From NCBI GenBank assembly GCA_002269645.1, contig NIVC01000087.1, positions 310,001 through 374,000 on the forward strand: 64,000 nucleotides of DNA, in the 5' to 3' direction. This document shows, in pieces, positions 38,680 to 49,935 of the stretch (position 1 is its first letter; every line of letters begins with the position of its first letter). Position numbers and translations under genes: made by a program. This DNA comes from Macrostomum lignano. Its lineage: Eukaryota. The notes beneath the pieces are model-generated. The model did no database searches. It saw only the letters and a program-made list of their open reading frames with translations, and was not told the origin of the DNA.

Positions 38680-39694
38680 TTTTGAAGGCTCACTAGGAAC
38701 TCATGAACTGCTAGCAAGCAAGGCTGCATAGAAGTTTCCGCTGCTCCTGTCCCAGACAGCCGTTTTTTAAGCGTGGCCGCTCGCCACCAAATACCTTTTG
38801 CAATACTCTTTTTCTCGACAAACCTGTGAGAGCAGATCTCTTCTCTTGGAAAACCGGCCTCTTTCTGCTTCAGCTGTTTAGACAGGCGGTAATTCTAGTT
38901 CTTGAAAATGAAATCAGACCATTCAACGGTTCTTATTAGGCTTGCAAGAAGCACAAATCAAGCAAGAAATCAAAAAGTTAAAAAGTCCCGCTGGCCCCTT
39001 GACAAGTGGAAGGCCAACAAGATCAAACTTGAAGATAGAAAGGAGTGATTGACACTCCGGGCCCGCTAGACATCTGGCAAGTGGGATTATAGCATCGACT
39101 GCGAGTGGAGAAGGAGAGGATTAAAAACAGGCTTAATACGCTTTTAAGCCGCGCTCAAAGCGCAGACGAGAAAGAAGCCACTTAAAATACTTTGGCGCCG
39201 GCCCGCCAGGTATGCAGGGCTTCCGCTTCCATTTCTAAGCTTCTAAAAGAAGAAGCTTTTGAAGCGGACACGCCGAAGATTCGCATCGCGCGGCCACTCA
39301 AAATTGAATGACGCAATCATCATCGGGTCTACACAGATCTCATTGAGCCTATCATCGATATGGCAGAGTAAACAAGGGGGGGGGGGCAAGCACACAATGC
39401 CGCCAGTCCTATGTTCAGAAATGCGCGCTGGAGCATTCCAGGCAGACACGAAGCTGCCGCCAACCCTCTCCTCAGCTGGCATGCTGGAGGCATGAACTAA
39501 TCATATTCACCAGCGCCTGGCAGGCCCAGGCATGCTTGAATGCTTTGTTTGACTGGGGACGGACACGAGGGCGAGACTTATACACAGGCAGAGGAGGCAG
39601 GCGGGGAGCTGTGGCCACATTGGGACATTCGTCAGGCTGCCGCGCTGCCGGGGAACAGCTGATTATAGCCAGAGGGACAGGTTGGCAGAAGGGC

Positions 39695-39814
39695 AGACAG
39701 ACAGACAGACAGACAGACACTAAGACAGATAGACAGACAGACAGACACTAAGACAGACAGACAGATAGACAGACAGACAGACACTAAGACAGACAGACAG
39801 ACAGACAGACACTA

Positions 39815-39847
<33 letters not shown>

Positions 39848-39880
39848 AACCGACAGACAGACAGACAGACAGACAGACAG
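39695..39880. repeat. (GACA)n microsatellite with CACTAA interruptions
   Basis: Direct inspection. Confidence 0.9.
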
Positions 39881-41001
39881 TGAGACAAAGCAGGTAGACA
39901 GTTAAACAAGACAAACTCCCAGTCAGACGGGACACTGAGGCAAACCGACATACAAAGGTCAGAACATCTGGTGGACGCATAAAATGGAGAGAACTCTCCC
40001 ACTAAGTGCCTACTAGAAGTAGAATGCAGCATATTTTGTGTGCAAAAATGAAACAAATAAAAATAGAAAATCAACGCGACCATAGCAAGATTTAGTTTTG
40101 AAATACTTGAAGAATTAGAATATATATACTCTCAATCGGTATATTTTGTGCTGATAGAGATAGGGATGCACATGTACATACACAGTTACATGTACTATAT
40201 TAATAGGCTGTCAAAACTGAGTGAAACGGATAACAAATTTGAATTTGCTAATTATATTAACAAACAGTTTTTGTACGTTTTTACTCCATTTTACTCGATC
40301 TCAAAAGCGGTGCAGATGCATTATGAATGCAGATCAATTTACAATTTAGTGCTTTTTTCTACTAAATATAGTAAGTACACCTGCAAAAGCCACAATAGTC
40401 ACTCAACAATATATAAAAAGTACATCTAGAACTTTTAATTAAAGGAATTGAAAAAAAAAATAGCCGGCGTAATACACTAGGCTTAACTAAGTATGGGAAT
40501 TATTTAAGTAATTATTAGAACAGATATGAAAAAGAGCAAAGCAATTACATATTTTTAGAGACGGGAATGATGCAGTTGTACTATTGCAAATCGGTCAATT
40601 ATGCCTGCTTGAACTCGTTTGAATCAACAAACTGGTTACACTTCAGTTGAGATTCTCAATTACTAATAGTAGCATATATATATAGTAGTTTAAAAAGCAT
40701 CCATTTTTAGATTGAACTATTTTATTTTAAGTAAACCAACTAAACTTATTGATCAGAGGAGACAAACAGACAGACTAGATGCTTTAACAATACGCATTTA
40801 AAAACAATACTACTAATACAGTAATAAGCCAAGTGCAAACAGAATTATCAGAGGCGCCAATATTATAATATAAAGCGGAGACGAGAAAATACCATTGAAA
40901 AACAGATCTAATTTCCGTTTGTTTTATGCAATAAAATTTAATAGTACGAGTAATAACAATAACGAAGAGTCTGATATGACTTTGTAGATCACAGTGATAT
41001 A

Positions 41002-41171
41002 CTAGAATAACTGGATCTGCGGAATTCAAACTGGTGAATATCATTGAAAACTAAATAATTCCTTCTACATTACAAATTAGGCAACAATACGCTAATTTTG
41101 CTACTGAACAAACAGTAGATGAGCGCATTTTGTTTTATTTTGCGAGTAACACAAATCTGTCGTTATTCTAG
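41002..41171. mobile_element. 170-bp MITE-like element with 10-bp TIR and TA flanks
   Basis: TA|CTAGAATAAC ... GTTATTCTAG|TA; same terminal 10-mer as the 440-bp MITE. Confidence 0.55.
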
Positions 41172-41597
41172 TAGATGGGCCACTCAGCACATTTGCGTGT
41201 AAGCTACTTTCAGTTCAGTAGCAAGTTAAACTGAAGCATTTTAATGTATTTTTAAAGCGAAGGCTCATTTATTGACTTTTACCCACCAGCCTCAGCCCTG
41301 CAACCGCGCCTTTCCACACAACCCCCCGCCCGCCCCAATTTTTATTCCCTTTCTTGGAATTCCAGCCTAAAGCTGCCATGTACCTGGTACATTTCAGTGG
41401 ACTGGCTAATGTACATCATGGCTGGACCAATTAGCAAGTTGTTTGAGACTGCAAGCTTGGGCTTCTAAACTTATCAAAGTCATTTCAGCTGCCTTTTTAT
41501 AAAATAGCTTATGTATTCTTCTTTGCTACTGAACTGAAAGTAGAAAGCTGTTTTACTAAGCATATGTGCCTGAGTGGCCCATCTAGTTATATTTTAG
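41172..41597. mobile_element. MITE copy 2 (same family as 48385-48827)
   Basis: Colinear high similarity to 48385-48827; TAGATGGGCCACTCAG...CTGAGTGGCCCATCTA ends. Confidence 0.85.
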
Positions 41598-41911
41598 TAT
41601 CTGTGGGGTAGATGTACTCGGACAGTAATAATCAATAAGTACACAAGGCTTAGGCATTGAGCTGCTGAACAGTTCTAATATCGAGGCTGCATCATAGCAT
41701 TTTCCAGGTTCAAGGGATATTCAATTAAGTGATTGAAGACTTGTTGTTCAATGTGTTTCACTGAAATTAAAGTAACAATACGTTCTGTGGAAATTCTCAA
41801 ATCGCTGGCTGTTCCACAGACCCCCGTCTAGGCCATAGACAATGCACAGCAAGCCTTCAATAGCTTGACTCTCCTACCAAAGGCTCAATTAGCTTGGAAA
41901 ACGCTATAACA

Positions 41912-42051
41912 GTGCCAGCATTAGCTAGGGTAATTGAAGGTGTGTGGCGACCCCCCCACCCCCAGTCCTTCAAGTGAACAGCCGTACGCAGCCTTCAGTT
42001 GCTGAGCTGTCGGTTGCACACCTATCTGTCTTTAAGGACAGGTGTAATCAA
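41912..42051 (+). mobile_element. 5'-truncated, diverged copy of the same SINE
   Basis: GTGCCAGCATTAGCT.GGGTAATTGA...GTGTGGCGACCCCC...GAACAGCCGTACGCAGCCTTCAG...GCTGAGCTGTCGGTTGCACA...CAGGTGTAATCAA matches 38514-38662. Confidence 0.8.
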
Positions 42052-42154
42052 AGATTTATGTACATTTCCAGTGGCGCTAGCTAATGTACAGTACCTATAA
42101 GCTATCATTAGTTGTGCACGTCTGCAAGTCACTTCAACTGTGCCTTTCTTGTCC

Positions 42155-42247
42155 CAAAAATAGCTTACATATTCTTCACTGCTACTGAACTGAAAGTAGA
42201 GAAACTGTTCTGCCTAGCAAATATGCCTAATTGGCCCAGCTAGCTAT
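42155..42247. mobile_element. Degenerate right-end fragment of the MITE
   Basis: AAAATAGCTTACATATTCTTCACTGCTACTGAACTGAAAGTAG...ATATGCCTAATTGGCCCAGCTAG matches the MITE 3' end. Confidence 0.65.
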
Positions 42248-42302
42248 TAAAAAAAGAATTCTGTGGCTTTAATAAGACCAAATATGAAGAGGTTCCAGGG
42301 CT

Positions 42303-42568
42303 CTAGGAAGCCCGCTGCTGACTGCTGCCATCGGCTCCATCGCCGGAGCTACCGCTGCCGCTGCCGCCCTCCTCCGTGCTGTCTTCATCGTCTTCTCCGT
42401 CGTTCTCTGCTTCGCCGCTGCTGTCGCCGCTGCTGCCGCTGCTACCACAGGATGCGTCGCGGGGGTTGATTTGGGCCCGACGCTCAACAACTACGAAGTC
42501 GCTCGGCGGCGGAGTCTGACTGCCGCTGATGTCGGAGCCGTCGGGCGCAGTCAGAGAGCTGGACAGGT
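42303..42568 (-). CDS. RhoGEF terminal coding exon (acidic S/G/D/E-rich)
   Basis: GCGCAG|AC acceptor, in frame to TAG at 42305-42303; ATTAAA about 30 nt downstream (42268-42273) is a possible polyA signal. Confidence 0.75.
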
Positions 42569-44985
42569 CTGCGCAATGTTTTGAACAGATGACAGGCGGT
42601 TCGGGAGTGTAAAATCAGAAGCAATTTGACCCCACCTGGTATGCCCAGTGTGAATGTCCTGGAATCTTTGGTTTGGGGAGGTCAACTGACCCCTCATTGA
42701 ATCTCTTGTGGTTGGGGGAGGTCAACTGACACCTCATGGAATCTGTTGTGGTTGGGGGGAGGTGAGCCGACCTCTCAAGGAGTATGTGATTGAGGGGGGG
42801 TCAGCAGGTCGTTCCTGGAATCTGTAGATAGGGGGGGTCAATTGACCCTTCATGGAATCTTTTGTGGTTCGGGGGAGGTCAACTGACACCTGATTAAATC
42901 TGTTGTGGTTGGGGAAGGTCAACTGACACCTCATGGAATCTGTTGTGGTTGGGGGGAGGTGAGCCGACCTCTCAAGGAGTATGTGATTGAGGGGGGGTCA
43001 GCAGGTCGTTCCTGGAATCTGTAGATAGGGGGGGTCAATTGACTCTTCATGGAATCTTTTGTGGTTCGGGGGAGGTCAACTGACACCTGATTAAATCTGT
43101 TGTGGTTGGGGAAGGTCAACTGACACCTCATGGAATCTGCTGTGGTTGGGGGGAGGTGAGCCGACCTCTCAAGGAGTATGTGATTGAGGGGGGGGTCAGC
43201 AGGTCGTTCCTGGAATCTGTAGATAGGGGGGGGTCAATTGACCCTTCATGGAATCTTTTGTGGTTCGGGGGAGGTCAACTGACACCTGATTAAATCTGTT
43301 GTGGTTGGGGAAGGTCAACTGACACCTCATGGAATCTGCTGTGGTTATGGGGAGGTCAACTGACCCCTTATGGAATTCGTGGTTGGAGGTCAATTCACCC
43401 CTCTGTAATTCTTAAAATTAGCAAGTAGAGTTCATCTGTGACAATTTATTGGATTAGAAATGCAAACCAATCGATATTTTGCAAAGCACATTGCGTATTT
43501 AGACTTAAACGGATAAATTTGGATTTGTTATAATATAATACAATAAGCTTTTGCTTAAAAGTAAAAAACAGTACAGAAAATAATAAATAATAAATAGGAG
43601 TTAATAACCCCAACACTTGTAGTGCAAAAAGTTAATCTGCTTATTATTTTCGCTTATTGATTATAGAAGATGCTCAATATGCATCCATATCTCATCAATA
43701 TAGTAGTGTTACCAAAAATATGTTAAATTATATTATTAACGAGTTGCAACCGGCTCGGCAACAGTATAGCAAACCGAATTAAAACAGACAAATAACATTT
43801 TACTGAGCCAAAGCCCAACAGATACTGTATCGGCGTACTTGACAATCGAAATCCAAAGACGACAGCTGAAAATTATTCGTCATGTTTAAAGTCTTTTGAA
43901 GTATTGATAAAACCCGAACCCAAGTATGACCCAAGTATGACAAGTATTTCTGACTGGTCATTCTGACTGGTCATTCTGACTGGTCAATCTGACTGGTCAT
44001 TCTGACTGGCCATTCTGACTGGCCATTCTGACTGGTCATTCTGACTGGCCATTCTGACTGGCCATTCTGACTGGTCATTCTGACTGGCCATTCTGACTGG
44101 CCATTCTGACTGGTCATTCTGACTGGTCATTCTGACTGGTCATTCTGACTGGCCATTCTGACTGGTCATTCTGACTGGTCAATCTGACTGGTCATTCTGA
44201 CTGGCCATTCTGACTGGTCATTCTGACTGGCCATTCTGACTGGTCATTCTGACTGGTCAATCTGACTGGTCATTCTGACTGGCCATTCTGACTGGTCATT
44301 CTGACTGGCCATTCTGACTGGTCATTCATTCGGTCATTCATTCGGTCATTCTGACTGGTCATTCATTCGGTCATTCTGACTGGTCATTCTTTTAGTCATT
44401 CTGACTGGTCATTCATTCGGTCATTCTGACTGGTCATTCTTTTAGTCATTCTGATTGGCCATACATTCGTTCATTCTGACCGGTCACTCATTCAGTCATT
44501 TGACTGGTCCTTATTTCGGCCATACTCACCATTATTATCATCGGGAGACGCATCCCCCCTGTTGGCATTGCCGCCGCTGCTGCTGCTGTTAAAGCGGCTG
44601 TCTTTTGCTGAATTGACCGCCTGCAGTGCCCGCTTGAGGGTGGCCACGTCGGCGGACACTTCATCGCCAGCGACCGGCGTTGGCGGCGGCAGGTCCGCTG
44701 AATAATAGCTGCCGGCTGCGGCTGCCCAGGTGGACGGTTCCTGCATTGAAATTGGTAAAATTTATTCGTTTGTCCGGGTAAACAGCGCCAGCAACTATGA
44801 ACTGATTTGCGGAGCAAAATGCTTTGTCAGCTAGTTAGCCAGAGTAGATATACGAGCATTAGGTTTAAGTCTGTGTATTTGTCTCTGTTTGTCTTTCTGC
44901 CTGTCTGCCTGTTTGTCTGTTTGTCTGTCTATCTATCTGTGTGTGTGTGTGTGTGTGTGTGTGTCTGTCTGTGTGTCTGTCTGTG

Positions 44986-45018
<33 letters not shown>

Positions 45019-45031
45019 GTCTGTGTGTCTG

Positions 45032-45062
<31 letters not shown>

Positions 45063-45063
45063 G

Positions 45064-45120
<57 letters not shown>

Positions 45121-45125
45121 GTCTA

Positions 45126-45170
<45 letters not shown>

Positions 45171-45191
45171 GTGTCTGTCTGTCTGTCTGTG

Positions 45192-45270
<79 letters not shown>

Positions 45271-45301
45271 GTGTCTGTCTGTCTATCTATCTGTCTGTCT
45301 G

Positions 45302-45332
<31 letters not shown>

Positions 45333-45333
45333 G

Positions 45334-45374
<41 letters not shown>

Positions 45375-45397
45375 GTCTGTCTGTCTGTCTGTCTGTG

Positions 45398-45430
<33 letters not shown>

Positions 45431-46568
45431 GTCTTTGTGTCTGTCTGTGTATCTGTCTGTCTGTGTGTCTGCCTGTGTGTCTGTGTGTCTATCTGTCTAT
45501 CTGTTTTAGTGCCTGCCTGTCTCTGGGTGTCTGTCTTATTTCTGGGTGCCGTATCTTAGACTAGATACCAGCGGGGGATTTTATGAATGAAGTGTGACAA
45601 GTGACAATTTTTTCAAGCGTTTTCTTGCCCATCATCATGGGGACAAAACAAATTCAGCTACATGTAGTGCACCTCGTGTCAACAGAGTCTATTGATTATT
45701 GAGAAAAAAGAAATAATTCAAATAATTCAGTATAGCTGATGATATGCTGTCCATTCTACAGTTCGAAGCCGTACAATAGTTTAAGCTGTCTATGGCCTTA
45801 ACCTAATGGCTGAAGAATATGACGAGAGGAAGGCATTGGACACCCAGTTTGGCCATAGACAGCGCTACTGAACTCCTTTCTCAGCTTGATAAGCGGTTGC
45901 TCAAAACTCACAAAACCAAAGTTATTGTCACTTGTCACTTGAACTTTATTCATAAAAAACCCCAAAGGTGTTTAAATTGAAATCAAAACAACACAAAATG
46001 CACTTTAGTAGACAGAGAAAAAATTACAACAAAGAAAAACATGCTTGCTTTAAACATAGTGGACAAAGGAACACAATAAACGAATATAAAAAACTGTGCA
46101 AACGCTAAACACACTACTGCAATCAATAGTACGATTGATAATAATTGAAAAGGTTCGATTTACTGAAACAAAACTTTGCTTCGATTTTTTTTAATATAGA
46201 CGGTTCAAATTCAAATAATCGGTTAATATGACAGCTTATATCGTTACATATAAGTCAGAGGCTTCACTACGACTTCTAGGCTGCACACACACCACAACAG
46301 CAATGCGCAATCAGCTGAATGACACGCAGCTAGGGCAATTATGCTTGAAAAAGCTCATTATTAAACAGCTATGAGTGCCAGTTGACAGGTCCACTGTTTC
46401 TATGTAAATAATACAAGTCTAAGATTAATAAAATTTGAACCTAATGATCTTTATTAAAGTAACTTCAACGAGGCAAGCATACCGTTTTATGAACAAATGG
46501 ATTATGCATTGTGACCTAGTTTGCAACTGTGCCTGGCTTGTGCGTGTCTGTCTGTCTGTCTGTCTGGC

Positions 46569-46609
<41 letters not shown>

Positions 46610-46804
46610 GCCTGTCTGCCTGTCTGTCTGTCTGCCTGTCTGCCTGCCTGTCTGTCTGTCTGCCTGCCTGTCTGTCTGTCTGTCTGTCTGTCTGCCTGTC
46701 TGCCTGCCTGTCTGTCTGTCTGTCTGCCTGTCTGTCTGTCTGTCTGTCAGTCTGTCTGTCTGTCTTAGTGTCTGTCTTAGTGTCTGTCTTAGTGTCTGTC
46801 TTAG

Positions 46805-46837
<33 letters not shown>

Positions 46838-46956
46838 GCCTGTCTGTCTGCCTGTCTGTCTGTCTGCCTGTCTGCCTGCCTGTCTGTCTGTCTGTCTGCC
46901 TGTCTGTCTGCCTGTCTGTCTGTCTGTCTGTCTGTCTGTCTGCCTGCCTGCCTGCC

Positions 46957-47001
<45 letters not shown>

Positions 47002-47232
47002 GCCTGCCTGCCTGTCTGTCTGTCTGTCTGCCTGTCTGTCTGTCTGTCTGTCTGTCTGTCAGAGTGTCTGTCTGTCTGCCTGTCTGTCTGTCTGTCTGCC
47101 TGTCTGTCTGTCTGTCTGTCAGTCTGTCTGTCTGTCTTAGTGTCTGTCTTAGTGTCTGTCTTAGTGTCTGTCTGTCTGTCTGTCTGTCAGAGTGTCTGTC
47201 TGTCTGTCTGTCTGCCTGTCTGTCTGTCTGCC

Positions 47233-47276
<44 letters not shown>

Positions 47277-47328
47277 AGAGTGTCTGTCTGTCTGTCTGTC
47301 TGTCTGCCTGCCTGCCTGTCTGTCTGCC

Positions 47329-47376
<48 letters not shown>

Positions 47377-47377
47377 A

Positions 47378-47429
<52 letters not shown>

Positions 47430-49410
47430 GCCTGCCTGTCTGTCTGTCTGCCTGTCTGTCTGTCTGTGTAAGTGTAGTGGCTGCATTAGTGTCTTTCTGA
47501 GTCTGTGTCTGTGTCTGTCTGTCTGTCTTACTGTGTGTAGTGTCGGTTTTAGTGTCTTTCTGAGTCTGCGCCTGTCTGTCTGTCTCTGTGTGTCTGTCAT
47601 AGTGTTTGCCTGGCTGTTTGGCTTCAATCGCTCAGAAGACCCCAGTGCAGGTCAAGCATCCGGACTCTGCCAGTTCAGCCACAGCAGGCGGCTCACCTCG
47701 ATGCACTGGGCGGCAGCCCTAGCCGCGGCGGCCACGCCAGCCAGCAAAGAGTCCGCCATCACCAGCCTACTGCTATCGGCATTGCAATCATAATTCTCAG
47801 CATCAGCTGCGGCAGCCGCATCGCTGCAGGAGCTGACAGCCATCAGGCGGCTGACAATTTCCCCAACAGCCGAGTGGGCCTGCTCAACTAGGCGCCAGGC
47901 GGCTAGGATTTTAACCGACTGGTTGCTAGGCAACAGGCGTTGCTGCGAGCGCGGAAAAATGAATTTGGGGGAAAATTGTACATGTAAATAATTGATGCAA
48001 ATAAACGCCTGGGCGATTTTTATAAGGGAATATGATATATACGGAGACTCGAGCTCAGGACCTTTACATTGGCACGATTAGTATAGTCGTTGAAAACTAA
48101 CAAAATTCTATATATTAAACGGTGACTGAGAGCGTAAGCAAATTTAATACAATTATAGAATGTCTATTCACTAGCTTTGTCAAATTAATAATTAATATCG
48201 ACTCAATGCAAAGCGTGACGTGATGAGTAGCTTTATAGTAAAAAAATGCAAAACAAATATAAGCTTATTTATTATTATGATATGCAAAACCATGCGCAAC
48301 ACATCCTACTAGCACTAATATAATAGTATAAGTAAGCGGTTATAACTTATACTGGCTAAATAGATTGCATTATTAGATCAGACACTAGAATAACTAAATG
48401 GGCCACTCAGCACATTTGCGTGTAAGCTACTTTCAGTTCAGTAGCAAGTTAAACCGAAGCATTTTAATGTATTTTTAAAGCCAAGGCTCATTTATTGGCT
48501 CTTACCACCTCCCCCCAGCCTAAACTCTCCAACCGCGCCTTTCCACACTACCCCCCCACCCCGCCCCATTTTTTATTGCCATTCTCGGAATTCCAGCCTA
48601 AAGCTGCCATGTACATTTCAGTGGACTGGCTAATGTACATTATCGCTGAACCAATTAGCAAGTTGTTTGAGACTGCAAGCTTGGGCTTCTAAACTTATCA
48701 AAGTCATTTCAGCTGCCTTTTTATAAAATAGCTTACGTATTCTTCTTTGCTACTGAACTGAAAGTAGAAAGCTGTTTCACTAAGTATATGACTATATGTG
48801 CCTGAGTGGGCCATCTAGTTATTTTAGAATCCGGGCATTAGATTCAATATTCGTTATTAACATGTACGAGCACACAACCCTTGTTGATGCATGCACTGCA
48901 CAGCACAGCAGTACCATTTCATGCCATATTCAACTAGCTTTGCATATTTATCAACTAAAAACTATAATACATCTGTCCCCTACTACTTGTAGTAGCTTAC
49001 TAACTGTAGGAGATCAACCTCTCGGGCACAAACGGCCTCATAAGTGTAGAACATTGTTGGACACTGTAAGATTCGTTTCAGATTAAACTGCTTTCAATTT
49101 GTTAGTAAAAGAATGAGTGATCATCGAAATGAAATATTGAGAAATTATTAAAGTTATTGTGGGAGCCTAATATGAAAATCAGCCCGCTGGTCTCACCTCG
49201 GCCACAATCTGCGTCAGGCAGGCCCGCTGCTCACGCATCAGCTCAGATTGGCGCTGGAAATTCTCCACTGACTGCTGGACTCCAGACACTGGAGATACCG
49301 CTGATGCCGCTGCGGGCTCGTCTGACTCTGGGGCCGCCTCTGCGAGTGGAAGTTGATCGTAGGTAGATAAATAGATGGATAGATAGACAGATAGATAGAT
49401 AGATAAATAG

Positions 49411-49493
<83 letters not shown>

Positions 49494-49592
49494 TATAGAT
49501 GAATGAATGGCTGGATGGATGGATAGACAGACACTAAGACAGACACTAAGGCAGACAGACAGACACTGAGCCAGACAGACAGACACTGAGGC

Positions 49593-49625
<33 letters not shown>

Positions 49626-49652
49626 CTAAGGCAGACAGACAGACACTGAGGC

Positions 49653-49683
<31 letters not shown>

Positions 49684-49684
49684 A

Positions 49685-49717
<33 letters not shown>

Positions 49718-49783
49718 AACAAACAGACACATAGACAGCAGACAGACAGACAGACAAACAGACAGACACAAAGGCAGGCAGGC

Positions 49784-49824
<41 letters not shown>

Positions 49825-49890
49825 AACAAACAAACAGACACATAGACAGCAGACAGACAGACAGACAAACAGACAGACACAAAGGCAGGC

Positions 49891-49935
<45 letters not shown>

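Noticed and set aside
46435-47793. 452-aa and other (SVCL)n / (QTDR)n ORFs
   Set aside because: Translations of GACA/TGTC microsatellites.
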